From: Octopus sinensis | Lineage: Eukaryota | DNA: 64,000 nucleotides | Reading direction: 5' to 3' | Assembly (NCBI RefSeq): GCF_006345805.1 | Contig: NC_043001.1 | Location: forward strand, 118,978,001 to 119,042,000 | In this document: positions 12,000 to 25,688 of the stretch, in pieces | Layout: the number at the start of each line of letters is the position of its first letter | How positions within the stretch are numbered: the first letter of the stretch is position 1 | The notes under the pieces: model-generated | The model's input: only the letters and a program-made list of their open reading frames with translations | Told to the model about the DNA's origin: nothing | The model's database searches: none | Made by a program: the position numbers and the translations under genes

Positions 12000-14930
12000 G
12001 ACCGGTTAAGAGGAGCAGAACTCAATGGCCTCTTTTCAAGGCGGTTTTGACTCGTGGAAAGAAGAGTGAAAGTAGTTCTCAGACCGAAAATCTGGTACAA
12101 ACGCTTTGACTCATCTAAAGGCAATCTAGGGCCATGAGGAAGTGCTAAATCGGGCAACGAATAAAGTCTGCAGTCCAAGATAAGGTCATATTCTGCTAAC
12201 AGACAATTTCCATGTACCACTTACAAGGCACTGGTCAACTCAAGATTGCCCGCTGTCTTTTGAGTGGGAATGAACCTGAAACTACATAACTGAAAATCTA
12301 AACTTGTCTGAACCACGCTGCCAGCCTGTTCTCCCAGCCGAAAGAAGCAATTATGCTGATGCAGAAAATTTAAGTATATGAAAGTGAAATTATTTAGAAA
12401 AGGATACTTTTTCCGTACACTAAATATTCTTGATATCTTCTGACTAATTATGGCCAAATTTTCAAAGATAAAAGAGTAAAAGGGCCCAATGAACGGATTT
12501 CGCCCCTTCGTGTCGAAGTGCTCGTACCTGATCTCTAACAACGCAACCTTCGTGTTTCGCATTGAAGAATTGGTCGAGTGTCAATCTCGCTGCGAGGACG
12601 TCAGTCACGATGCTTTTCCTAAAAGCCTCGTCTAACTTCTTGACTAGCTCTGCCTCTACTCTGTTTCTTTTTACTGCTAGTCATTTGCTAAACCTTATCG
12701 ATTCTGTTCTAATCGCCCTTAATGTTGATTATTTCCCTCTCAACGCTCTCTTAACTAGTTTACTAATCCGGTCTCTGAAAGCTTTACGCACCGACAACGA
12801 CGTGTTCAGTTTCCCGTAACCGGATCCCTGTCTATGAAGCTTATCTAAGACGACTGTACAGATCACGAATGTATGGTCTGTGAAGTGAAGTTGTGGACAG
12901 CCTATGCTATCCTTATCTGCTACTCTACAGAATACCCTATCTAGATATGATCTGGATGACCCCGTGCGGTTTGATCAGGTTCACACTGGCACATCCTGGA
13001 AATCCAGTCGATACCTGTCAGACGTTTGGAATCCTCTGAGAAGGTTTGCGAGGTTTCTGCACCAGCCCCACCTATATGCTAAACTCACACAATTCCACCT
13101 TACATCTAGAACTTCATTCCAATTCCCCACTGACGCTAAAGAGCGAAACGTTCCCAGGAAGATTTCCAGACGTCTGGAAAAAGCTGGTCGTCCTGCCCCT
13201 GTGGGGCACACACGACAGCTAGCCTGCAAGTATGTCTGTCGCTGTTACATCTAAGACCACCGACTTACCTTCTGGATCCAGGAAAATCGTCCGCTAGTGG
13301 ACGACTTGCAGATGCGTCCATCTCGTAGTCACTGAAAATGTGTTGGAAGTCCCGTGAGTCAGAAGTTCTGATTTCACTGATGGCCACCACGTCGTTGAGG
13401 TCGTTGAGCAGGTGCCCCTGCTTCCAAGGCGACTCCAGGCTACGTACATTCACGATGCCTATTCTGTGCACGATCATGTTGTGGGGAAAAAGAAAAGAAA
13501 AGGAAAACTTGGTTTTGTTTGGAGGGGCGTATTGCTAGTCCCTCCATTTGGCTTGGGATGTTTCCAGGAATTCTCCCCCTCGAAAATCTACGATTTCCTG
13601 TGGAATTGGGTTCTTAAGTGTGTGTATGTATTTTGTGTTGTTTAAGTGATTTGCATGTGTGCAGGAAGGGAGGTTGTGAGTGTGACAAAATCTGGTATAT
13701 TGTTTGTGTGTTATTATGTGCTTCAATAATTCATTGTTCTTTGTGCTTATTTCCATGTAGTTTGTAATGATAGTCTCTTTAATTTGTGCCTGTTGTTGTT
13801 GTGGTGCTGGTTGTGATTGTTGTTGTTGTTGCGTGTGTAGGATAGCTTGTGATTCAGGTGTTAGAGTTGATGGTGTCGATGCAGTGTTTGTTTTGGGTGT
13901 ATTTGTTTTCGTTGGTTTGTTTTTTTTCCTCTGTGCGGAATCTGACCTCCATATCCCATAACCCCTTCCTCTCCATATACATTCGTTTAGATTCCAGACG
14001 GAACCTAAAGTTTTTTTGTATTTGAGCCTTTGTGGATCTTTCTACTCTCCTTGATTTTAATCTGATTGTACAGCACGTCACTGTGTGACGTATCTTATCA
14101 TGGATAGTCTCAAGTGGGGTATTTAAGCTTTACAGTTATCCCGTCTCTCTTGACTAGCTGTCTGGCATTTTTAAGTTCTTCCTCAGAGAATTGTATTCTC
14201 TGAAGAGATGTCTTGGTAACTCTAGCGAAGGACAGTTTAGAGATATTCCAAACCGTTGCACCTGCTTGTTTCTCAATTCCATCGTTGTTTTTATCCTTGT
14301 TATTGCTGTTGTTGTTGTTGTCACTTCTGCTATTGTTGTTGTCGGTGCTGCTGATGTTGTTGTTGTTGCTGTTGTTGTCCTTGTTGTTGTTGTTACTTCT
14401 GTTGCTGTTGTTAATTTGTACTCGCATCGTCCGCCGCTTCGCTCACGAAAGGAACCTCATTGATTACATTTTCGAAATTGCTGTTTTTATTTTGAAGAAG
14501 GCTGCCGAAAAGGGCGGCGTTGTTTTTCAAAAGATTCTTTAAGAGAACTTTCTCGGAAAAATTGACCCTGCTGTCTTTTTTGTTCTTTGTGTTCAACAAA
14601 AATACAGCTGTCGTCTGTTTACCACTTTTGCACCCTCTCTTATTGACGCTTGGTGACGCTGCTCACTCCCCCCCTCTCTCACATATGAACGTCACCGTAT
14701 TTGTTGTGTTTTCTGCATGTTGATCGGGAAAACGTAAGCAACTGTGACTGAAAACCAAAATCAATTGATCTGTCCCCCAAAATTGGGGGACAAAACGAGA
14801 AAATATACTCACCACTCAACAACAATTAACCTGTTGTACCACAATGGTACAAACTTGAAGGGTGCAAATACACGTATTATGTATTTTTCTTTATAAAATC
14901 CACGGAGCGAGGTCAAGCGAGGTTTGCCAT
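12000..14930 (-). mobile_element. Tx1/L1-clade LINE with 5' UTR, degenerate ORF1 and ORF2 (APE endonuclease to start of RT), 3'-deleted
   Basis: The APE start at 13477 reads IGIVNVRSL...VVAISE, then VGNWNEVLD, DRYRLDF.DVPV and a YLDR-type motif. RT remnant LDESKRL resembles LDQSKAF at ~12120. The Q/N-rich ORF1 remnant is at 14600-13500, and the 5' end abuts (AAT)n at ~14932. Confidence 0.8.
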
Positions 14931-14995
<65 letters not shown>

Positions 14996-16407
14996 TAATA
15001 ATATTACTTTTTATTGGCCACAAGGACACACATCAATACTGAGCGTGTAATGAAAATATGGGTTACAAAACATGCGATGATGTTCTACACACATATATTA
15101 AGTATTTCTATACAATACAAAGTAAATAAGATAAATTTAAACTATTGTTTCAATCATATACCTCGCTTTGATGTAAGGACACTTTGTTTTGCCTCTTCGT
15201 AGATAGTAAAAAATATTAGGATGGTCCTTATGCTTCACAGGTTATTGGCTGCTCATCAGAAAACTGGATCCCTGCTTTCCAACTGCGAAGAAAACTGGCA
15301 GCAAATAACTATTTATATCAGACACAAACCAGAGCTTAACTGAATTGAGCAGTCTGCCTTGCATAATGTGCATTCTTTTGAGACACGATAAATTAATAGG
15401 TTAATACCAAATAGTGTATGCTAGATAATCTGAGATAAATTTAATGCAGGTATACCTAGGGTTTAAATAACATTACTCACTTTATGTATGTATGTATGTA
15501 TGTATGTATGTATGTATGTATGTATGTATGTATGTATGTATGTATGTATGTATGTATGTATGTATGCATGCGTGCATGTCTGTATGTACGTAAGGTGGAT
15601 CTCCGTCTTTCGGAGATGAAAATTCAGTCGTTCGGTCAACTGAATTATTTACTCCTGAATTAAGATGTGCCCTTAACGTAAATCTCTGGCAGAATCAGTA
15701 TTACACAGTATGTGACAAGACTTACCTTTTGAATTACAGGAATAATCTTCACGACAGACTTCTTTTATGAAAGTTATGTTGTTAGATCAAATCTGGGATT
15801 TCGAGATTGCAAAGAGCGAACTTCTAAAACATTCAGCTATATCGCACATGCATAACTATATACCGTTACACTAAACTGGCGAAACATTTGTTACACAAAA
15901 CGAATAAAAATATACAGTATCCAATCTGCACACGGGTGAAGAGCCAGTCTCTAAGCAGGTTCCAGGCACCCTACGAATCTAATTACTTTCTGACCTAATC
16001 AACTTCTGCAAACCAAATCTTCTGATATTAATTTGTTTGACTTTCTTGGAGTTTGGAAGAATAACGAAACCTCCTACTTCATATTGGTAGCGGTGTTTTA
16101 GCTGTAAATAGACCTATAGTGCTATTTTTGGCCGAAACGTCATCATAGTTCTTCCATATCATCTCTTTGCCTCTCTTTTTCATTCAGCACTGTACCCCAC
16201 CACTCATTCTTCTTCGGCTCACACCGCCTCTCTAAAAAGCATTTGCTAACGACATAGACAACGAGGAAGCACGAGTTCTAGGGCAGGATTTGTCATAGAT
16301 AGGATCAAACTCCCTTAGAGGGTAACTGTGAATATTGTGAAGAAGATAGACAAATTCAAATGTTTAATAAAATTAAGATGATTTTAAACTTTTGAATTAG
16401 TTAATAA

Positions 16408-17139
16408 CGTTTAGATTTCTTTTCTTTCTTTATGCCTTTAACCCTCCAACGCGGAGTATAGGCCACTTATAGTTGAATTCCATGTCGCATAATTTTTCGC
16501 TTCTGTACTTATACTCTGCCATGAATGTCCCCCTTTCTCTAGTTCCTTTTGTGTTGATCTCCGCCACGAGTTCTTAGGCCTACCTCTCCTTCTATATCCA
16601 TCTGGTTTCCACTGTAAAGCACTTTTCACTACATTTGGTGTCTCTTTTCTAATTGTGCTACCAATCCACTTCCACTTTTTCTTAAATATTTGCTCCCTAA
16701 TTGAGACCTGATTTGTTCTTTGCCATAGCTCCATATTGCTTATGTGTTAGGGCCATCTAATTTTAAGTATACAACGCAAGCATCTGTTGATGAATGATTG
16801 TAATTGCTTATTTGACTTAACTGTTGTTCGCTATGTCTCAGCCCCATACAATAACACCGCTTTTACGTTAGTGTTGAAAATTCTTATTTTGTTCTTTATT
16901 GAAATTATACTTGCACTCCATAATTTCTTTAACAGCTGCCAAACTAGGATTGAAAGTCAACCGCGACAAATCAAAAATTATGCGCATTAATGAAGAAAAC
17001 GGCGAACGTATTAAAGTAGAAACCGGTGAACTTGAGGATGTAGCCGAGTTTACGTATTTAGGTAGTAAGATAAGGTTTTCAGGCAACACCGACGAAGATA
17101 TTAAGACGAGAATAAGTAAGGCAAGGACAGCGTTTAGAT
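16408..17139 (-). mobile_element. RTE-clade LINE 3' fragment with 5' inversion, flanked by 9-bp TSD cgtttagat
   Basis: Minus strand 16935-16438 reads KIRIFNTNVKAVLLYGAET...WKWIG...ALQWKPDGYRRRGRPKNSWRR. Plus strand 16930-17139 reads LGLKVNRDKSKIM...EFTYLGS...DIKTRISKARTAF. cgtttagat occurs at 16408-16416 and 17131-17139. Confidence 0.85.
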
Positions 17140-17499
17140 AGTTTACAATTAATAAATATTTACACATGGTGAATATTGTTGGTACTCTGAAATTGGTGTT
17201 ATATTGGGAAACGTTGTAAGCTGCAGCTATGGTCATCACCTTTGGGCTTGCTGTTGTTACTAATACTGACTCTGTAGTTGACTCGCGCTGGCTTTTTCTT
17301 TTACTTTTCCTTTTCTTTCATTTCAGGGTTGTAAACACTCGGATGGCTTTCGTTACTACATTTGTAGCAACTGGGGAATATGGTGAGTCACACCACTCAG
17401 ACGGACTTACTTGCCGATCCTTCAAAGTTGTGCAGCTCGTGTTGTTTGGTGATCCTCATCTGGCTATCCATTTAGACTACTCTCTAATCCCCTCTAACT

Positions 17500-17750
17500 G
17501 CGGAGGCGCATGGCTTAGTGATTAGGGTGTTGAACTTATGGTCGTAAGATTGTGGTTTCGATTCCTGGAGCGGGCGACGCATTGTGTTCTTGAGCAAAAC
17601 ACTTCATTTCACGTCACTCCAGTCCACTCAACAGGTAAAAATGAGTAATCCTACGATGGACCGTCCAGGTGGGGAATTTATACGCCATGGAAACCGGGAA
17701 ACCAGCCCTTATGAGTCGGCATGACTCGAGAAGGTAACTTTACTTTTACC
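17500..17750 (+). mobile_element. tRNA-derived SINE
   Basis: A-box tggcttagtgatt, B-box ggtttcgattcc and core ttgagcaaaacact; homologous to 51988-52200. Confidence 0.8.
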
Positions 17751-18065
17751 TCTAACCACATGTTTAGAAGCTCATTCCCGTTACCTTCTAAAGAGCAAAA
17801 TAAAAAAAAGGAGGGGTGTGGGAAAGAGAGACTAAAACTCCTGTATATATGAGTTCTAATCCTGCCAGCTTAAACTAAGTATTTCATTACTGTTGGTCGA
17901 TAAGATATGTACTCACACACGCACTCACACATACACATAAGTACTAGATCGATTTAATCGACTACATTGCTATCCCGTCACTTCGCTTTCTCCACCGCTT
18001 TCTCCATTCGTATTCTATGAACACAGGAAGCATCACGACGACGACCACGACGACCACCACCTCCG

Positions 18066-18276
18066 TTGCTCCCGCCGCCGCCGCTGCTCCCGCCGCCGCC
18101 GCTGCTCCCGCCGCCGCCGCTGCTCCCGCCGCCGCCGCTGCTCCCGCCGCCGCCGCTGCTCCCGCCGCCGCTGCTCCCGCGCCGCCGCTGCTCCCGCCGC
18201 CGCCGCTGCTCCCGCCGCCGCCGCTGCTCCCGCCGCCGCTGCTCCCGCCGCCGCCGCTGCTCCCGCCGCCGCCGCT
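18066..18276. repeat. GC-rich minisatellite, ~12 copies of gctcccgccgccgccgct (18 bp, with 15- and 17-bp variants)
   Basis: Read directly from the sequence. Confidence 0.95.
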
Positions 18277-18867
18277 TTCATTATCATCATCATTATCAAA
18301 TCACCACAATTATCACATCGACAACATTATCTCATCAGCACCATCATCACGACCACGTCATATTATCATCGCTATATTCATTACCATCGTCAGCACTACA
18401 ACCACAACCACCACAACCACCACCAATACCAGTATCATCATCATCGTCATAATCACCATTATCATCATCGTCATTATCACTGTTTTTCAGAGTGTGTGTG
18501 TGCTTAAGTTCTTTATCCATGACATATTGGATTATTATAATCAATGTGATGTGTTGGCTGTCTTCCTACAACATGTGGTTCATGTCAATTCGAGTGTTCT
18601 CTTATGTACTTGCACTCATATCTCTGATTAGCATATAAGCGCGCGCATGTACACGTGTATGAACACTAATGATCAATGTGTAGATACGCTTTAAGGGGCT
18701 ATAACTTATTTTTGCATAAAATTTTCTCCAATTTAGACAAAAATCGTCGTTATTGTTCTTCATGCTCCTCGGTCGGCTCGGATCAAACAGACATTGTAAT
18801 CAAAGAGTTACTGCCAACATCATTTCATATTATTTTCAGATTATTTCAACTCATTATGTTCTGATTT

Positions 18868-19005
18868 AAGATTCCCCGAGGTCGGCTTTGTCTTTCATCT
18901 TTCTGGGGTCGATAAAATAAATACCAAGTAAGTATTGGGGTCGGTTTAACCGTATAGACACCTCCCCTAAAATTGTTGGCCTTATGCCAAAATTTGAAAC
19001 CATTA
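18868..19005 (+). mobile_element. SINE 3' half (family of 60086-60505)
   Basis: ccgaggtcggctttgtctttcatc...ggggtcgataaaataaatacc...ttggccttatgccaaaatttgaaacc. Confidence 0.7.
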
Positions 19006-20325
19006 TTTTCAGACTAAATATATATATTATATATATATATATATTTATATATATACCGGAGTAAACACATAAATGTGAAACAAGGTGGAAAAAAGAGTAC
19101 TCAAATACCAATAAATAAAGTATATATATATATATATAAATTGATCAAAATAAAATAAAAACATGATGCGAAGGATTCAGCGGTACATATGTTTCGGGCC
19201 TTTATTAGACAGATTTATAACAATGCATAATGTATGTCTGTGGCCTTCTTCAGCCGCGCACAACAGCTTCCACAAGGACATGTGTTACATCAAAAATTCT
19301 TGGTTGGGGGTGCAAATCCTCTCATTCACGTACGACATAATGCGGCAGCAGCATAGAGTTGAAGCGTCCATCTCTTTCTTCTCTCAATGTAGAATGAGGA
19401 AAATTGGATGTTGAGGTAATGTAAATAAATAAATACATATATAGAGGTGAAGATGGAGGGGCGAGAGTTTGGGACGAGGGATAAAAAATGTATAAAAAGT
19501 GTAAGTATAGAATAATATAAAAATGTAGAGGATAAAGGGTTGTAAGTAGATGTAAGGGGGTATAAAGAAATATAAAGTAAAAATAGAAATAGAAATAAAA
19601 GTAAAAAACCTGATAAAAACATGATAAAAGTGTAAAGAATGTAAAGATAAGGGATGTATAGAGGTTATGGACCAAGCATGGTGGTCAGGAGATTGATAAA
19701 ATTTAGTTGTAGAATTGTCAGTACATCATCAGTTTCGTCTGGGGACTTAATGCGTTGTAATCAGAGCTGATGAGCATTTAATTTGGTCCTTGAATTAAAT
19801 GACTTCTAGTACATACATATCATCATGGATATATACACCCACATACACGCGTACATATACGCCTCCAAGCCTATAAGCATACACACGCACTCGCGTGTAA
19901 ACACGTACATAACACACACGCACCCACACGCACGCGCGTACACACACATACATACAACAGAATATCCGCATATATACACGGACATTACGCGCGTACACGC
20001 TCACAGTATATACGCGCGCCCATCACTACATACACACACGTATATGCCCACGCCTCTAGGTCCAGGTATAAGATATTAAAGGATGTGTATAAGAACGTAT
20101 GTAAAGAATCCCGTACTCATGTCAATACGCGCACGCACACACGGCTGTGTGTCCGTATGTGCGTGCACATATACCCTCATATACACACCAGAGACACACG
20201 CGCACATGGGTATAGCTATAAGATATCGAAGTATGCATGTACATATATGCGCGTGCATATGTATGTATGCGTATACACACGTACGCGGACGCTCGTATAT
20301 TCAAAGGTGGATCCATAGGTAAGTA

Positions 20326-20374
<49 letters not shown>

Positions 20375-20713
20375 TATATATATATATATATATATATAAG
20401 TAGGACTATATTATCAAATTTGTCCCAAATTTTTTTATATGATAAATTGTAATTTGAGTTTGAGTTGAATTTGGTTGTTTTTTCTTATAAATTGAGCTAT
20501 CACTTTCAGGTTTGGCAGTTCGCTCCTTTCCACAGGAGTTTGCTAAATATATGAATCTTCTTCAGAGTAATTAAATCCTGCAAGTCTTAAGCTGACAAAG
20601 ACTTGGTCAAAGTGATTATTTTTTCCAGTTTATTTGCTATTTTTTTTCTACAATAGGACAAATTTATATTATTTAATCTCAATCGAAGCAAGTCTCGATA
20701 ACCTCAGTATATA

Positions 20714-21978
20714 CGAGGGGCGTTCAATAAGTAATGCCCCTGACCCACTTCCCATAGCAGTAGAGCAACGAAACTTGGCACAGTTATTAGTCTTTTTCTA
20801 CATAGCAACCACCCAGAGTTACGCATTTCTCCCATTGTTTGATGCAGCTCTGGAGACCGTTTTTGTAGAAGACCCCAGCTTGGTCCTCCAACCTGAACGT
20901 GACTTCAGAAATCAAGGCTGCATCATCTGGGAAACGCTTTCCTTTCAAAAACAACTTCATGACTGGGAAGAGGTGAAAATCAGAGGGTGCAAGGTCAGGA
21001 AAGTATGGGGATGGGGGAGGAGTTCATAGCCATACGCCTGTGCTTCTGATCTGGCGACAAGCGAGTTGTGGACCGGTGCGTTGTCCTGCAGGAGGAGGAT
21101 GCCTTTGCTGATCTTGCCCCTCTTAATTTTGATAACTTCTCTTAATTTCTCAAAAGTGAAATATAATAGGCTCCTGCAATTGTGGTACTCTTTGCCAGGA
21201 AATCTGTCATCACTACTCCGTCCTGGTCCCAGAAGACTGTGAGCATGACTTTGCCAGCGGAGGGCTGCACCCTTGCCTTCTTTGGAGGGGGTGAGTCACG
21301 GTGCTTCCACTGCATTGACTGGGCTTTGGTCTCTAGATCATCGTGATGGACCCAGGTTTCATCCTGTGTAATCAGTCATTTGAAAAATTTTGACTCATCT
21401 TCTTGGCACATCTCCAAATTCACGCTCGAGCACTCGACGCGTTCTTGCTTCTGGAAAGGCGTGAGCAGCCTGGGAATCCATCTGGCAGACACCTTTTGCA
21501 TATGCAAATGGTCATGAATGATAGTTTCCACAGACCCGGTACTAAACTTGACCTCATGCGTCGATCTTCCAAAATGGCAGCCTCAACTTGACGGACAGAT
21601 GCCTCATCAATGGCAGAAGGGGGCAACCAGATCTGGGAGCTGTTTCCACAGAGTTCCGACTATGTTTGAATTCACGATGCCAGCGTTTTACAAGGTCATA
21701 TGATGGGGCATCATCACCATAAGTTACTTTTATTTCATCAAAAGTCTCCCGTGGTGTGCGTCCTTTCAAATACAAAAACCGCATCACTGCTCGACACTCA
21801 ACAGGCTCCATTTCACACTTGACTCAGTTCAATCACCTGTAAATCAGAAACCACAATTAGTTCAGAGCTGTAATTTGCCACTTACTCTATAGAGATATAA
21901 ATGATTGCACATACAAAATTTCAGCTAGATCAAACAAATGCAAGTGGGTCAGAGGCATTACTTATTGAACGCCCCTCG
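20714..21978 (-). mobile_element. Full-length (~1265 bp) mariner-family DNA transposon, transposase pseudogenised
   Basis: TIRs cgaggggcgttcaataagtaatgcccctgacccactt / aagtgggtcagaggcattacttattgaacgcccctcg with TA on both sides. The transposase starts at 21811: MEPVECRAVMRFLYLKG...VKRWHREFK...RSG; later KVMLTVFWD and WEKCV...GGCYVEK. Frameshifts and stops are present. Confidence 0.93.
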
Positions 21979-22489
21979 TAATTATAACTTTCCAGGCTTC
22001 CATCACAATAGGAACTGTGCTATTACACCATTCTCTTCTTACACTTCCTCAACAATAACATATTATCATTGTTATCAGTATTCTAGTTATAGGACTGGAC
22101 ACACATGAATATTGAGAGGCAGCACCTTCAGAGAATGAAATGCTGGCATGCGATCGTATATACTCTGCATGTGTGAGACGTGACAGAAAGCGTATATAAC
22201 ACACAAAATGATATTACCCGCATGTTGTAACGTCACACCCAACACATTACATTTATCCGATTACGTCAATCTACATCCCGAGATCAAATTCAACCAGAGA
22301 CCAAATCTGGCTTTGTCCTTCCGGTGTCGATATGATGAAAACCAGTTGAGTATTGGACTTCAACTGCATTCCTCCTACAAAATTTGATTCACTGTGAATA
22401 TGAAAGAAATTGTCGCGGTCGTGGCCGTCATAGTCGTTGTCGTCATCACCATTGCTTACTCTCTCTATACTAACGAACGCAACTCTGTG

Positions 22490-25310
22490 TGAGCGCGTGA
22501 TGTGTTTTGGGTTTGTATTTTCTAATGTGTTGACAGTACTGCAAGTAATATGTGCACAGTGTCTAGTAGTGTTATTTTTTTATATGTTGTATTGTACATA
22601 TGTGTCGGGGTTAGGACTTATGCATTTGTCAATATCGTTTAATCATTCACAGGGCAACTGTTATGACAGGAGTTATTTTTGCTTTGACCCCGTCCCAAAT
22701 TTAGGTGACCTCTATTACAGGTCTTTATACTTAGATAATTTCTCCCCACTTCTTTTAGAGGTGCATTGTCATCCGTTGGAGTTGAAAGCTTAATTACGGT
22801 ACACTTGCTATATTGTGGTGGTCCGTGACAACAATATTCGACCAATTATCTTCGATTTCTGTTTGTGTGTATTAGCATATCCTAGAATATAACCATTTTG
22901 TCATTTTCTAAGGCCTTTTGTGATGGATAATTTATGCCCCTCTTTACTGTTTTAATGTTGGATTGACATCCAGTGTATGAAAACCGCAAATCTAACGTGC
23001 CTACAGATGTATTTGCTCTTGGTTACAATTGAACAATCAGAAAAATGAGGATAATTGTTTTCCATACATACTGCAGTTAATGTATTCGACTCCAGGACAT
23101 ATTTTGGAAGGTTTCTGTTTTGATCTTGAGCCTCAATGAAAAATCTTTCAGTCTTAATTTTGGGTTCTACACTTCGCAATAAATGTTACAATTCTTTCAG
23201 TATTTTAAGTTACTGGCAGTGATGGGGATTTTCTTGCCATCATTTCAAGATGGACCAATTTTTGACTTCGATTTTAGGCTTTGCATAATTTCAGATGTTG
23301 CGCCTCTTTTTCTTCATTCTTATCTGTTTTTCTGTCATTTCAGCCTTTGTTTTGTGTCTGTTGGCTTTATTTTAGACAGAATACAGTTTCTTTTGTTTTG
23401 TTCATGATTCATAGCCATTTAAAGTAATTTCTGCAAACCTTTACTGGATATTTTATATTAGTCTCCTCGTTTCACTTGGCCAAACACTCCCTGTATTTAT
23501 GGTAAGTATAATCTTTCTATATCAGATTTTGAGTGGTGTATTTTAAAAGCTGTCATTATTATTCTTGTTTTTTTTTCTAAAGCACTGTTTCTGTTTCTGC
23601 AGTGCTGATTCTGGTAGAACAAAATTGGTATTTTACCTATTAGTCTTAGTGATTCATTCAGCTTCCAATTTATTGCCGGAACAGCTAGAGTACTGCCGGC
23701 TATTAACGTTTTGAGTGTTGCTGGCAATTAGCATTTTGGTTATTAATCTAATGCATATATAATATTCTCTCTCTTGCCGTTTCTTTCATTAATTCCAGAG
23801 TATTGTTGTGTTCGCACGAATTTTCTTACTTTTGTGTCTTTATGTAACACTTCATTAATGTTCTTAATTTTTCTGTCTTAAATATTGCATTTTCCTAATT
23901 GGAATCTCATACCAATTCTTCTAGTAAATTCCTATACTCTCAATAGCAGTGTTTATAGTTATTTGTCATCTGCATCATTCAACTTGAAGCTGTCCAGATA
24001 TAAAAATTGTTTGTCCTACCAAAGTATTTGTATTCTAGTCCAGTCTAGTTTAACGCCTGAAATAGAAAGGGAATATTCTTCTTCTACGAGATGAGACTTG
24101 GTTTTACATTTCCTTCTTTTGTTTCTGCATAATTGTTCACCATTTACTCACAACATGTTTAATGTATGTGTCAACTTTATCATGACTAGTGCTTTCAGGA
24201 TCCACATGTGAAGAATACGTTCAAAAGCCTTCTGGTAGTCAATCATGCCATGATTAATGCCTTCATTCTTTAGATTTGGTCATTGCTTTGAGAAGTAGTA
24301 ATCCTTTACAGTCACAAAATCCTTGGTAGCTTCCTCTTTGCCATATGAAAATTTGCTGCTGTTATCTATATTTATAATCTGACATTAATGCAGTGAAAAC
24401 TGCAGGGAAGTAGATTATGGGTCTGTAGTTTTTAGGGTTTCTTTAGTCGAGGAGGATTAGGACGGGTTTGCATTCGGTAACCCGTCAGATGATGTTTCCA
24501 GTCCCTGAATATCTTATTGAATATTTCTTCTGTGAAAATATTGTTAATAGAAGTTTGAGATGTTATCGCTGCCTGGTGTCTTCCAGTTACGTAGTATTTT
24601 GTTGAATCCAGGACTACTGATGTGAGTTTCTCGATTGCTTAGGCACTGTATTCGTTGAAATTCAGAAATTCCCTTGCTGTCTGTATTGCTTCCAGAATCT
24701 TCCTACCCCACTCGTGGTACATTGATTTCTATTTTATTTCTATTTTGTTCTTGATGAAATCAGTTTGGATTTGAGTTAGATTTTTTTGATATACTCAAAA
24801 AAAAAAAAAATCATTGTTGCTTTACAAATTGACTGATTCTTTGCTGTTTAGAGAGATCATTTGTTTCTTTGATTTCGAACACATAATTTTTTTGCTACTA
24901 TATTTCTGTTATATCCATCACCCTTTCTCTAGTTGCATCCTTTTGTTGTTGATCTCATTAATGATTAAGAGATATTTCTTTATTCCTTGTTTTTGTTATA
25001 ATCCCATGTTTTATGCATGGATTTCGATATTTTTATATATCATAGGAAGTGCTCATTTTTCATTATATCTATAGTGTCTGCAGCGTATATTATTTCGTTT
25101 AACCTGGTAAAATTGATACTCGTGCCTATTTTCCTCGAAGCATGCGTTGGCCAGGTTTGTGTTTTTATGTTTTTCTTATTTCATCATTGACTTTTATTAT
25201 CGGGAAGTATTTTCATTGGCCCTTTGGGAAATCTACTATTGATGCTAATTCTTTGACTATTTTCACTTATTGTCATATTTATGATTCCTATCTTTAGAAT
25301 CATTTATCCT
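22490..25310 (-). mobile_element. Degenerate ~2.8-kb R4/Dong-like RLE LINE
   Basis: Remnant motifs in the expected order: NWKTPGSDNI, NPKNYRPI, AVPAINW, HHSKSDIERLYLP, KTERFFIEAQDQ, STPTDDNAPLKE and PVITVALGMIK. Confidence 0.8.
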
Positions 25311-25322
25311 TAAAACTCCCTT

Positions 25323-25385
<63 letters not shown>

Positions 25386-25602
25386 TGTATATATATGTAT
25401 GAATGTATATACTTACGTATATATGTATGCATGTTTGGGTATGCTTGTACGTATATATATATATATATATATATACATACATATCTGTATATATATGTGT
25501 GTGAATGTGTTCTTATATATGAGGCTTTAAAATTGTATCTTACGTTAGTCTGTTGGGATTCAGCGTTGAGTTTACATCAGCGTTATTTTCTCCATACGAC
25601 GA

Positions 25603-25649
<47 letters not shown>

Positions 25650-25657
25650 TATTATTA

Positions 25658-25688
<31 letters not shown>

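Noticed and set aside
16095-16150. ctgtaaa...ggccgaaacgtc, a possible old hammerhead
   Set aside because: The core has two mismatches and stems I and II are not convincingly paired.
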